Shown here piece after piece: positions 30,001 through 38,422 of a stretch of DNA of 64,000 bases (position 1 is the stretch's first letter; every line of letters starts with the position of its first letter). The notes below the pieces were generated by a model, which searched no databases, was not told where the DNA came from, and saw only the letters and a program-made list of their open reading frames with translations. The translations under genes were made by a program, and so were the position numbers. The stretch comes from Candidatus Latescibacterota bacterium (GTDB lineage: Bacteria > Latescibacterota > UBA2968 > UBA8231): NCBI GenBank assembly GCA_964291625.2, contig OZ220089.1, positions 992,001 to 1,056,000 of the forward strand, written 5' to 3'.

Positions 30001-33000
30001 CTTCGATGACTCCCGTCGCTTCACCAACGCCGATGGTCGCGTTGGAGGGGTCGCTCAACGTGACGGTGAAGGTTTCCTCCGCCTCGTCGGCGTCGTCGTC
30101 GATGACGGGCACTTGCAGAGAGAGCTCCGTCGTCCCCGCCGGGAACCGCAGCGTTCCGGTCGTGTCCTCGTAGTCGGCCCCCGCCGCGGCAGTGCCCGCC
30201 GAGGTGGCGAAGTCGACCGTCACCTCGCGGTCGCTGGCGGTGCCAAGGCGGATGATGAACTCGACCGATTCGTCGCCCTCGGAAGCCTCCGAGCGCGCCC
30301 GCAGAAAGGAAATCCCGACCTCGTCGACGGGGATCTCTTCCGGATCCTGGAGCGTTACCGTGGAAGTGGCGGGACCGCTGGCGCCCACGGCGTCGGGCAG
30401 CGTCCCGAAGCCGAGGCCCACCGTCTCGCCGCCGTCGTCTTCTTCGTCGGCGGCTGCCTTCAGGTAGAAGGACTGCTCCCTCTCTCCTGGCGCGAAGGTC
30501 ACGCTTTCCGGGATTCCCGAGTAGTCGGCAGCCTCCGCCCCCATGCCGGGCTCCGCCGTCAGCGGGATCTCCACCGCCTCCTCGGGAGCGGGCGCCAGGC
30601 TCACGGTCACCTGAACGCTGTCGCCCTCGCTCACCTCGTACTCGGCCTGGTCGAAGGAGACGTAGTTGGAAGCGGGCGGCCTGTCGAGGATCTCCACCGT
30701 CGCCCTGAATGGAGCGCCGGGGAGGACGCCCGGCGGCAGTCCCCCAAGACTCAGGAGCACCCGTTCCCCGGCATCGGCGACATCATCCCGTGCAGCCGTG
30801 AACTCGAAGCTCCTCTCGGTCTCGTCGGCGCCGAAGGTGAGGCTCTCGGGGACTCCCGAATAGTCGGCGGAGCCGATGCCCTTCTGATGACGCACCCCCA
30901 GCCCGATCTCGACCTTGCGCTCGGGCGTGGAGTTCAGCCGTACCGCAATGGTCACGCTCTCGCCCTCGGCCACCTTGTAGCCGTCGGCGTCCAGGGAGGC
31001 GTGGACCACCTTCCCGGAGAACCGTGCCGCGGGCTCGCCGCTGTCGCCGCCACTACCAATAAGACTACCACGTACGAATCCACCACCATCACCGCCGCTG
31101 GTGGAGATCGTCACACTCACATCCGAGGCAGATACGTTGTTGTAGTCGCCGCCGCCGACCGCATGCCGCAACACCACCGGGCCCACCGCCGCTTCCTCGT
31201 CCGCGGTCACCGTCACTCTCTGCGCCGTCTGCCAGTCATCGGTGGTGAAGGTCAGAGGTGTCGTCGGGTCCACCGACAGATCCGTACCCGAATGCCCGGA
31301 TATGGTCACCGTTACCGAAGACGTGGGCTCGGAGGTCAGCACGACCGTATAGGTACCCGTTGCGCCCGGCCTCACGGTGAGGGCGGTCCGACTCATCCTC
31401 ACGCCGCGGGTGTCGTCGTCGACGATCGTTCCGGTGACGGCGAGGCTTGACCCGCCCCCGACCAGCAGCACGCCCTGCGGATCGGGGTTGCTCAGGGTCA
31501 GCGTGAAGGTCTCGTCCTCCTCGTCCACCCTGTCGCCGCTGATCGGCACGCGGATCGTCTGCGAGGTCCTGCTGTTGGCCGGGAAGGTCAGGGTCCCGCT
31601 CTGCCCGGTGTAGTCGTCCGCCGAAGCCGTACCGTTTGACGTGGCGTAGGCCACCGTCACCTCGTTTGCGTTCGACTTGCTGATGGTCACGGTGAAGACC
31701 ATGTCGCCCACGCTCTCGGAGGCGCGCACGTCACTCACGGAAAGGGTCGTGGCGTCATCCTCGATGACGGTCACTGTCACGCTTCCCGCCGACTCGCCGG
31801 CGTAGTCGCCTCCGCCGACGGCGTTGGTCAGCGTCACCGGGGGATCGGCGGTCAGATCGGTATCCTCCGCCGCCCTCACCCGCACCGTCTGCCGCCGGCT
31901 CCAGCTGTCGGGCCTGAAGGTCAGCACCTTGCCCGCGGGGGACTCCACCGCCACGTCCCCCGACTCCCCGCCCACCGTCACCGTCACGTCCTCCGTCGGC
32001 TGCGAGGTCAGGACCACCGTATAGGTCCCGGTGGAACCCTCGTCGATCTGCAAGGTCGTGGGCGACACCTCCACGCCGCGCTCATCGTCGTCCGTGATGG
32101 TGACGGTCGCTTGGGAGGGACTTCCCGAAGAGACCCGGTCGTCCGGCAGCGTACCGAAGCTCATCCGGACACTCTCGCCATCGTCGTCGACAGCATCGTC
32201 TGCCGCCGTCACCGTGAAGCTCTTGCGGGTCTCGCCCGAGCGGAAGGTCACGCTCGGCGGGATCCCCCGGTAGTCCGCGGGCGAGGCGCCGCCGGAGTGC
32301 GAGGTGTCCATGAGAATCGTCACGGTGCGCTCGGGGTCGTCACTCAGCACCACCACCACCGTCGCCGCGGCGCCCCCCTCCGCGATCTGATAGCTCGACT
32401 CGTCAAAGGAGACCGACACCTCGGGATCGTCGTCGTCGATGAGGTTCACCGTGGCCTGCGCCCGGCTGCCGTCACGGAACCCCGGGGGCAGGCTCCCGAA
32501 GCTCAGCTCCACCCTCTCGTCGTCATCGTCGACATCATCGTCCTCGGCCGTGACCGTGAAGCTCTGGCGGGTCTGGCCCCCCTGGAAGGTCACGTTCGAC
32601 GGGTCGACCGAGTAGTCGGACGACGACGCGTTGTCCAGCCCCGAAGTGTCGATGGGGATCACCACCCTGCTCTGCGGCGCCGGGCTCAGCACCACCGTCA
32701 CCGTGGCGGGATCACCGCCTTCGGTCGCCTGGTAGCTCGACCGGTCGAAGGAGACGGATATCCTCGTATCGGGGCCGCCCATGCCTACCGCCAGGACCCC
32801 GACGCCGTGGACCGGGCAGTTGCCGGTGTGATCCCTCACTTCGTGGTCGAAGTACAATGTGTTGTCCAGCTTGGCGTCATCGGCGGCGTATATCGTGATC
32901 GTTCGCCACTTGTTCCAGTTGTTCCGATCGAACTCATGACCGAGGGAGGGCGTCATCCTGATGTCCACATCGCCGTCGTCGTCGGTGTCATAGCCATCCA

Positions 33001-33334
33001 TGCGCGTCGAGCCATCGATATGGACCATGACCCACCAGTCCTTGTCTGCGTCGGCTGGCGGTTGCCTGGTCAACCTCAGACTGTAGGAGACGGACTCCCC
33101 CGGTCGCAGGTTCAACCTGTTCGTGCTCACCTCCACCGTCCCGGGTTCTTCACCTGGCGCAAGCTCGGAGTTCCAGCCCGGCGTCGGGTTCTGCCCGTAG
33201 ACCGCGGACGCCAGGACACAGGACAGCACCGCCGAAAGTGCGGCCGCCAGGGCCGCTGGTCGGAAGCCCGCCGCGCTCGATGGGGGGCCGCATCTGCACT
33301 GCCCGTCCAGGTTGGTGCTCCCGGGGATATCCAT
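24005..33334 (-). CDS. Giant Calx-beta/Ig-like repeat surface protein with C-terminal autotransporter-like barrel (~3109 aa)
   Basis: Signal peptide, ~11 Calx-beta-like domains, ~11 LTFT..W..QTVTV..GGDY repeats, and a WLARFGR-led barrel region ending in W. Confidence 0.88.
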   Translation of the reverse strand: MDIPGSTNLDGQCRCGPPSSAAGFRPAALAAALSAVLSCVLASAVYGQNPTPGWNSELAPGEEPGTVEVSTNRLNLRPGESVSYSLRLTRQPPADADKDWWVMVHIDGSTRMDGYDTDDDGDVDIRMTPSLGHEFDRNNWNKWRTITIYAADDAKLDNTLYFDHEVRDHTGNCPVHGVGVLAVGMGGPDTRISVSFDRSSYQATEGGDPATVTVVLSPAPQSRVVIPIDTSGLDNASSSDYSVDPSNVTFQGGQTRQSFTVTAEDDDVDDDDERVELSFGSLPPGFRDGSRAQATVNLIDDDDPEVSVSFDESSYQIAEGGAAATVVVVLSDDPERTVTILMDTSHSGGASPADYRGIPPSVTFRSGETRKSFTVTAADDAVDDDGESVRMSFGTLPDDRVSSGSPSQATVTITDDDERGVEVSPTTLQIDEGSTGTYTVVLTSQPTEDVTVTVGGESGDVAVESPAGKVLTFRPDSWSRRQTVRVRAAEDTDLTADPPVTLTNAVGGGDYAGESAGSVTVTVIEDDATTLSVSDVRASESVGDMVFTVTISKSNANEVTVAYATSNGTASADDYTGQSGTLTFPANSRTSQTIRVPISGDRVDEEDETFTLTLSNPDPQGVLLVGGGSSLAVTGTIVDDDTRGVRMSRTALTVRPGATGTYTVVLTSEPTSSVTVTISGHSGTDLSVDPTTPLTFTTDDWQTAQRVTVTADEEAAVGPVVLRHAVGGGDYNNVSASDVSVTISTSGGDGGGFVRGSLIGSGGDSGEPAARFSGKVVHASLDADGYKVAEGESVTIAVRLNSTPERKVEIGLGVRHQKGIGSADYSGVPESLTFGADETERSFEFTAARDDVADAGERVLLSLGGLPPGVLPGAPFRATVEILDRPPASNYVSFDQAEYEVSEGDSVQVTVSLAPAPEEAVEIPLTAEPGMGAEAADYSGIPESVTFAPGEREQSFYLKAAADEEDDGGETVGLGFGTLPDAVGASGPATSTVTLQDPEEIPVDEVGISFLRARSEASEGDESVEFIIRLGTASDREVTVDFATSAGTAAAGADYEDTTGTLRFPAGTTELSLQVPVIDDDADEAEETFTVTLSDPSNATIGVGEATGVIEDDDLPVVSISAADSSVAEGETVTFALTRAGDLTGPLEVSVEVTQAGDFLAEEPPASATFAADDSTVTLSLATVDDAVDEPDGSVSATLAAGDSHRAGDGAAATTAVTDDDERGLVVTPASLTIEEGESDSFAVVLTSEPTSDVTVVLEWPGDADVTADMTELIFTPESWDQPQSVTVTAAQDDDAVADEAELTLSVGGGDYEGLSAPSLEVSITEDDSRGVSVSSATLIISEGSSGTYTVVMDSEPTGEVTVVVEVPEGSDLTLSPTELTFTPESWREPQTVTATALADDDAVPDDPVVLTHTASGGDYLEVSGDGIEVSITETDTPGVSFSVDAMTVPEGGTGSYTVVLDSKPTGEVTVSVEVPAGAEVSVDVTGLTFTPENWSEPRTVTVTAAEDEDAVVDDPVTLKHTVSGGDYDGLSVDDVEVSISEGDRQGVSLSTMALTVAEGASEGYTIVLDSEPAGEVTVTVQVPDGAEVSVDVTELTFGPESWRQPQTVTVTAAADEDAVVDQPVVLTHAVTGGDYVGVSVSTVEVSIAERDMPLLSIADGAADESDGAMDFAVELSVASSFDVTVAYATSPGTAAEGADYEGTTGTLTFPSGTTEQSFQVTILDDEVDEAEESFTVVLREASRAGILGTGQATGVIVDDDLPVVNIEAEAERVAEGAAAPFTLTRAGDLNVPLRVAVQVEQEGDFLSGEAPAEAAFAAGEERVALAVATADDEVDEPDGWVSAEIAEAATHRIGTAAKAAVRVSDDDERGVEVTPSALRVVEGQSGTYTVALTSEPSAAVTVTVEVPDGSEVSVDESELTFTVDHWDEAQTVTVTAAQDADAVAEAAATLSHAVSGGDYDGLSAPDVEVSITEDDTPGVTVSVETLTLAEGASGSYAVVLRTEPAGEVTVTVGAPEDGDVDLSPGSLTYTAANWNQAQTVTATAAHDDDAAADAVTLTHAVSGGDYDGVAAPSVEVSITEDDVQGVVVSAAELTVAEGESVSYTVALETEPVGPVTVAVAVPAGTDLFASPAEMTFTSANWDQAQEVTVTAAEDDDAVADAAATLAHAVRGGDYDGVTAPAVVVSVTEDDAPGVTVSVASLSVAEGGTAGYEVVLETEPSGMVQVAVELPGETDLSVSPRTLTFTAADWSQPKEVTVRASQDDDAVTDPPVQVGHSASGGDYGKVAVPGVTVSVTEDDTPGVRVSVEALTLAEGERGSYRVALETEPSDTVTVAVRAPAGAEVSASPTELTFTAATWRQSQRVTVTAAEDDDAVVDPPVTLTHAVSGGDYDLVSAAGVRVSVTEDDRPALTIADAVASEEADSISFTVTLDVPSSLEVGVGWTTADGTAIEGADYEQRGGALQFAPLETAKSFAVPLVDDALHEGRESFTLSLSAPVNATLADGLATGTITDDDAAPALTIADAAAPEGDGALSFAVSLGAVSGLEVRVDWATSDGTAAAGKDYTASSGTLIIPPGGTQSTIEVAVFNDALDETEETLVVSLSRAVNADVADGAAEGTIIDDDLSLEKAWLARFGRTTATQVMDALASRLRARTRQGDYLTLGGARLSFGGPGAAARGRDSYAWMGGSGPRSRDLSFAGGLSPVHGPRRGSLIELLSRSSFLVSSGGDGEDGDGEDTEGEARWTAWGRGVTTNFEHNSPELWLKGGAITSVIGIDWHHNRMLAGLMMAHNLVMGDYDIRSADESVRRDDLDNHLASMHPYVQYALTERLSAWGVLGYGRGLMGKSTGRASRGIAMRMGGIGVRGALGTPGRLRTFDLAVRSDAFWVRMDAPETRERPEVEADVSRVRLALEGSRHFALSEGRGLSPTLDLGLRRDGGDAETGMGMEIGGGLGYTDPDRGLSMETTARRLLAHRDDGYEEWGVAGSFTFDPGVLQEGVWLDLRSFWGAASSGLDRLWGQQVPGAAPASIEAPLGGGLHAEVGYGLEALGGRLTPYAGVGLSGDGRGTCRLGWRLQGVESNLKVEVAGARRALAAAGSSHEIRLRATFDW

Positions 33335-33667
33335 GTTGCCCTCTCTCCCTGGCTCGCCGTGCCGCGGCACCCTGTTTCGAGAGGTGGATGCGCGGGCTTC
33401 GCACTGTCGCAGCGGATTCGCTGCGGCCGTTGCTGTTACCCGCCGCCTCCTTCGAGGTCGGCGCCGGGTCCGGGGGAGGAGTCGGTACTGCCTGTCCGGG
33501 GGAGACAGGTGCTTCGGGCGGGGAGTTGCTCGACGCTACCGCGACGGGCGGGAAGAGCCCGCCGCCGGGGAGGGGAGGGCCCGGCCAGGGGAGCCGGGCC
33601 GGGGAGGGTTGCGGCCCTCAGGCCGCGGGGGAGAGCGCCACTCCGTGCTCTCCGTGTCGACGCGCCG

Positions 33668-35503
33668 CTAGCCGGCGGCCGCTTCGATCGTCTCGGCGAA
33701 CCGCTCGGTGATCGACTTGGGGACGATCTTGCGCAGGCCGCGGGTAAGGGTGCCCGCGTCCTCCGACAAGGCCTCGGGGAGTACCAGCAGGCGCACGGGG
33801 CGTTCGTGGCCTGTGAGGCCGGCGGCGTCGGCCTCGGCCAGCAACTGCTGGCGGATGCGCTCGTGGAGCGGCTCGAAGGCCCGCAACTGGTCCTCGTCGG
33901 ACGGCAGGCCGGGCAGGTCCGTCTGGCGGCCGGCCTCCTCCACGTCGACGGTGACGACGATGACCGGGTGGCTCCAGGCCTGCTGGCCGGTGACGAGGAC
34001 GTGCTCCACCAGCGCCGCCCGCGAGTAGATGCGCTCGAGCAGCTCGGGGTTGACGAACTCGCCGTTGGCGATCTTGAACTGGCGGCCCACGCGCCCGCGG
34101 AAGGTCAGGAAGCCGTCCTCGTCCATGCTGAACAGGTCGCCGGTGCGGTACCAGAGCTTGCCCGGCACCTCCTCGTCCTCCACCAGCACGCGGGAGGTCT
34201 GCTCCGGCTCGTCGAGGTACCCCCGCATGACGTTGGCGCCGCTCACCCACAACTCGCCCACGGCCGCCGGATCGGTGGTGCGGAAGGAGTCCTCCGCCGG
34301 CTCGGCGCGGGCCAGCTCGGCGCCTTCCTCGCTCACCAGCTTCACCTCGAAGAGCGGCCGCCCCACGGTGCCGACGCGCCGGCCGCGCAGGTGGTTGGTG
34401 GAGATGAGGGGCGCGCACTCGGTGACCCCGTAGCCCTCGTAGGAGTTGATGCCTAGGACGTAGTGGAAGAAGTCGAGGGCGTCGGGATCGGCCTTGGCCG
34501 AGCCGACCACCAGGATCTCGAGCTCGGCGCCGACGCGGCTGGAGAGCTGCTGCTTGATCTTGGCCACCACCTTGCCGCCGAGGGTGCGGTCCACGAGGCG
34601 GGCCCCGAACCCGGCGGTCCCCCGCGTGACGCTGTCGCGGGAGCGTACGGCCAGGTCCACCAGCCGGCCCTTGAGGCCGCCGGCGTCGATCTCCTTGCGG
34701 ACGTTGCCGTAGACCTTGTCGAGGACGAGGGGCACGGTGAGGAAGCCCTCGGGCTCGGAGATGCGGATGTCGGAGAGCACCCGGTCCGGCGACCGCGCCA
34801 GGTCGAGGACCCAGCCCTTGGCCAGCGGGTAGTAGATGTTGAGGACGCCCATGGAGTGATAGTCGGGGGCGGACTTGAAGAACCGGCAGACCTCCTTCTC
34901 GCTGACCAGGTCCCAGACGGAGCGCACGTTGGCGACGATGTTCCCGTGGGTCTGCACCACCCCTTTCGGGAGACCCGAGGAGCCGGAGGTGAAGAGGATC
35001 TTCGACTCGTCGTCGGCGGATACCTCGACCTCCGGAGGATCGTCCTCGGACTGCACCTCCTCCCAGGGGATGCCGTCACCCTCGGTCCCCGGACTCAGCA
35101 GCAGCCTCGGCGGCCGGGTGAGGGCCGGACCCACGCGGCCGTAGGGCTCCAGGCCGCGGTCGTCGACGAGGAGCAGGTCCATGTCCGATCGCGAGATGTT
35201 GTGCACCAGGACCTCGGTGGAGGACTTGTGGCACAGGGGGACGGAGACCAGCCCCAGGGCGTCGGCGGCGAGGAAGACCAGCAGCGGCTCGAAGCCGCCG
35301 TCGGTGAGGATGCCGACTCGCTGGCCCTTGCGCAGGCCGAGGGCGGCGAAACCGGCGGCCAAGCTGTCGCGCAGTCCCCGCAGCTCGGCATAGGTGATGG
35401 GGGCATAGGCGTCGCCGGCGTCGGTACGGGTCACGCTGCGCACCGCGGGATGGCCGGCGCGGGAGGAGAAGCTGCTATCCAGAAGGTCCTTGAGAGTCTC
35501 CAC
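33668..35503 (-). CDS. Long-chain fatty acyl-CoA synthetase (AMP-binding)
   Basis: FTSGSSGLPKGV, EGYGVTE, YRTGD. Confidence 0.88.
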   Translation of the reverse strand: METLKDLLDSSFSSRAGHPAVRSVTRTDAGDAYAPITYAELRGLRDSLAAGFAALGLRKGQRVGILTDGGFEPLLVFLAADALGLVSVPLCHKSSTEVLVHNISRSDMDLLLVDDRGLEPYGRVGPALTRPPRLLLSPGTEGDGIPWEEVQSEDDPPEVEVSADDESKILFTSGSSGLPKGVVQTHGNIVANVRSVWDLVSEKEVCRFFKSAPDYHSMGVLNIYYPLAKGWVLDLARSPDRVLSDIRISEPEGFLTVPLVLDKVYGNVRKEIDAGGLKGRLVDLAVRSRDSVTRGTAGFGARLVDRTLGGKVVAKIKQQLSSRVGAELEILVVGSAKADPDALDFFHYVLGINSYEGYGVTECAPLISTNHLRGRRVGTVGRPLFEVKLVSEEGAELARAEPAEDSFRTTDPAAVGELWVSGANVMRGYLDEPEQTSRVLVEDEEVPGKLWYRTGDLFSMDEDGFLTFRGRVGRQFKIANGEFVNPELLERIYSRAALVEHVLVTGQQAWSHPVIVVTVDVEEAGRQTDLPGLPSDEDQLRAFEPLHERIRQQLLAEADAAGLTGHERPVRLLVLPEALSEDAGTLTRGLRKIVPKSITERFAETIEAAAG

Positions 35504-35618
35504 GAATCACCTCGATCGCTTGTGGTGGCGGCTACCCCGGAGCATAATAACAGATGAATTCCTGCGGCGACAACCGATAACGGGGAAAACCCTGGAAAAG
35601 TTCACACACCGGCGGCCG

Positions 35619-37271
35619 GTGGCCCCGTCCGGGCGGCCATGGAAGCTCCGTTCCGCCCTCCTGGCGGTGCTGCTGGCGGGCGGGCCTGCGGCCGGCGACG
35701 TCCGCGATGGTCTGCGGGACAGCCGCTACGAGACCGGCTCCAAGTACAGCGCCAGCATCGGCTCGGTGACGGTGCAGGAACGCCAACTCTACCGCCTGGC
35801 CCTGCGTCCCCAGTTTCCGCTGGGGCGGGCGGCCGTGGTCCTGGACCTGGAGTTGTTCATCGGCGAGGACGGATCCGTCGAGAGCCTCGGGTGGTCCTTC
35901 GCGACCCCGGCCGAGACCTTCGACAGCCTCCTGCGCAAGATCTACTACGTCCGCTACGGTGAGCCGCGGGAACCCGCCTTCGTCCGCGTCGGCGCCCTCG
36001 ACCGCGTCACCCTCGGCTACGGTCTGATCATGGACCGCTACCGCAACACCCTCGAGTACCCGGGGATCAAGAGGACGGGCGCCGTCTTCCATTTCGACCG
36101 GCTCGCCGGCAACCGCTTCGGCCTGCAGGGGATGGTCAACAACGTTCAGGACTTCCAGCAGGGCGGCGCCGTCCTGGGCGCGCGGCTCTTCACCTATGTC
36201 GGCGCGCGCGTGGAGCTGGGCGCGACCTACGTCCTCGACATCAACCAGTACGCCGGACTCCTCGACCGCGACGGCGACGGCTATCCCGACGCCGTCGACG
36301 CCTTTCCCGGGGACGACGCGTCGGCCAGGGACAACGACGGCGACGGCGTCCCCGACAGCCGCGACATCGACGACGACAACGACGGGGTGATCGACTTCGA
36401 CCCCCGCAGCGGGCTGAGCCGCAATGTCGTCAACGGCCTGGAGGCGTTGGAGGACGAAGGCCTCCGCCTCGACCGCGACGTGCAGCGGACGAGCCCCTTC
36501 AACAAGGACGAGGCCGGCGCCGACCGCTTCGGGATCCTCGGCGTCGACGCCGGCTACCACTGGAAGCAGGGGGCCGAGTGGGACCTGACCGTGTACGGCC
36601 AGCTGGGGATCCTCCACGACGACGACGACGAGCTCACCCTTGGCCAGGCCCGCGTCCAGAACGTGACCGGCGGCAACCGCAGGGCCGTGGGCCTCGGGAT
36701 CGCGGCCCCGGGCCTGAGGGCCCGCACGGGGGCCTTCGAAGGCCGCCTCGAGTACCGCTACTTCCTGGAGGACTTCGAGGCCGGCTACTTCGACAACCTG
36801 TACGACCTCGACCGGGCGCGGCTCGACCGCGTCACCGGGAGGGCGACGCCCAAGGACGCCGGCCTCGACCGGGGCCAGAGCCTGCAAGGCGTCTACGGCC
36901 GCGTGGCAGCCAGTCTCTTCGGACTGGCCACCGGGTCCGCCGACTACGAGCATCTCCTCGGCGACAACGCCTCGAAGCGCCAGTTCCACGGCTCCATGAG
37001 CCTGTCGCCCGTGGTGATGAAGTCGGTGCGCCGGCTGAGCCACCTCGCCATCCACTACCAGAAGAACCACATCGGCCGGCGCGGCGGGACGTCGGGCTCC
37101 AAGGACGCCTTCTTCGAATCCACGGAAGACACCTTCTACGGCTACTCCATCGGTTTCGAGATGGACGGGGCCGCCGTCTACCTGGACACGCACTTCCTCT
37201 TCGACCGCGAGGCCGACGGCCGCCTCCGCCGGCGCCAGATCAGCTCCATCGAGACCGTGCTCAGCTTCTGA
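35619..37271 (+). CDS. Exported, probably outer-membrane barrel protein with TSP3-like Ca-binding repeats (start uncertain)
   Basis: Signal-like N-terminus, alternating beta strands, DRDGDGYPDAVDAFP..DNDGDGVPD..DDDNDG, terminal Phe. Confidence 0.6.
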   Translation: MAPSGRPWKLRSALLAVLLAGGPAAGDVRDGLRDSRYETGSKYSASIGSVTVQERQLYRLALRPQFPLGRAAVVLDLELFIGEDGSVESLGWSFATPAETFDSLLRKIYYVRYGEPREPAFVRVGALDRVTLGYGLIMDRYRNTLEYPGIKRTGAVFHFDRLAGNRFGLQGMVNNVQDFQQGGAVLGARLFTYVGARVELGATYVLDINQYAGLLDRDGDGYPDAVDAFPGDDASARDNDGDGVPDSRDIDDDNDGVIDFDPRSGLSRNVVNGLEALEDEGLRLDRDVQRTSPFNKDEAGADRFGILGVDAGYHWKQGAEWDLTVYGQLGILHDDDDELTLGQARVQNVTGGNRRAVGLGIAAPGLRARTGAFEGRLEYRYFLEDFEAGYFDNLYDLDRARLDRVTGRATPKDAGLDRGQSLQGVYGRVAASLFGLATGSADYEHLLGDNASKRQFHGSMSLSPVVMKSVRRLSHLAIHYQKNHIGRRGGTSGSKDAFFESTEDTFYGYSIGFEMDGAAVYLDTHFLFDREADGRLRRRQISSIETVLSF

Positions 37272-37288
37272 CCCCGACGGGTCCACCG

Positions 37289-38422
37289 ATGAACCTGATC
37301 ATCGACGGCCACCTCGACCTGGCCTTCAACGCCCTGTTCTTCCGCCGCGACCTCACCCGGCCGGTGCAGGTCCTGCGCGAGCGCGAGGACCCCTGGCGCG
37401 ACGGCGCGGCACCCGCCGCGGCGCACCGCGACGCCCTGAACAAGCGGCCCCGGGCCGAGTTCGGCGGCGTCGCCACCGTCTCCCTGCCGGAGATGCGCAA
37501 GGGCCGCGTGGGCATCGTGCTGTCGACGATCATGTCGCGCGTGCAGCTGCCGAACGAGTCCCTCTCCGACGGCATGCGCAACCAGCTCGCCGCCCACGCC
37601 ATGGGGCAGGCTCACCTTCACTACTACAAGGCCCTCGAGCGGGAGGGGGCCCTCGCCTTCCTGCGCACCGCCGAGGACCTGCGCCGCTCCGCCGATCTCT
37701 GGCAGGGGGAGAGCGTCGATCCCGAGACGCCGATCGGCCTGATCCTCAGCATGGAGAGCGCCGACCCCATCCTCGGTCCCGAGGACGTGGCCAACTGGTG
37801 GGAGGCCGGACTGCGCTCGGTGGGCCTCACCCACTTCGGGGCCAACACCTGGGGACACGGCACCGGCACCCGGGGCGGGCTCTACGCCTGCGCCTACCCG
37901 CTGATGGAGGCCCTCGCCGACGCCGGCGTGGCCCTCGACCTGACCCACGCCTCGGACATGACCTTCTGGCAGATCCTCGATGCCTGGGAGGGCCCCGTCC
38001 ACGCCAGCCACTGCATGTGCCGGGCCCTCGTGCGGGGCCAGCGGCATCTCTCCGACGACATGATCCGCGCCCTCGCCGAGCGCGGCGGCGTCATCGGCAT
38101 GGTCTTCGCCGAGCCGATGCTCAACCCCGACATCGACTTCGACGACCTGCGCAGCGCCCCGCGCACGGCGCGCCGGACGATGGCCGCCGCCGTCGATCAC
38201 GTCGACCACGTCTGTCAGCTCACCGGCAGCTGCGACCACGTCGCCATCGGCTCCGACCTCGACGGCGGCTTCGGCCGCGAGTGGGCGCCGGTCGACTACG
38301 ACACCATCGCCGACTTGCAGAAGTTCCTCGCCATCCTCGAGGGCCGCGGCTACTCCGCCGAGGACGTGGCCCGCATCGCCCATGGGAACCTGCTCCGGTT
38401 CTTCGCGGAGGTGATGCCCTGA
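37289..38422 (+). CDS. Membrane dipeptidase (peptidase M19)
   Basis: DGHLD, MESAD, DLTH, ASH, GSDLDG. Confidence 0.9.
   Translation: MNLIIDGHLDLAFNALFFRRDLTRPVQVLREREDPWRDGAAPAAAHRDALNKRPRAEFGGVATVSLPEMRKGRVGIVLSTIMSRVQLPNESLSDGMRNQLAAHAMGQAHLHYYKALEREGALAFLRTAEDLRRSADLWQGESVDPETPIGLILSMESADPILGPEDVANWWEAGLRSVGLTHFGANTWGHGTGTRGGLYACAYPLMEALADAGVALDLTHASDMTFWQILDAWEGPVHASHCMCRALVRGQRHLSDDMIRALAERGGVIGMVFAEPMLNPDIDFDDLRSAPRTARRTMAAAVDHVDHVCQLTGSCDHVAIGSDLDGGFGREWAPVDYDTIADLQKFLAILEGRGYSAEDVARIAHGNLLRFFAEVMP

Noticed and set aside
24038-31450. 2470-aa plus-strand ORF and similar long antisense ORFs (e.g. 46407-51492 minus, 10300-12579 minus)
   Set aside because: Shadow frames of high-GC genes with no recognisable motifs.
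33439-33450. CCCGCCGCCTCC matching the tmRNA 3' end (possible attR)
   Set aside because: Only 12 GC-rich bp, lacks the terminal ACCA, and there is no integrase; chance is plausible.
33340-33480. c-di-GMP riboswitch before the adhesin
   Set aside because: I could not identify the conserved GEMM core motifs by eye.
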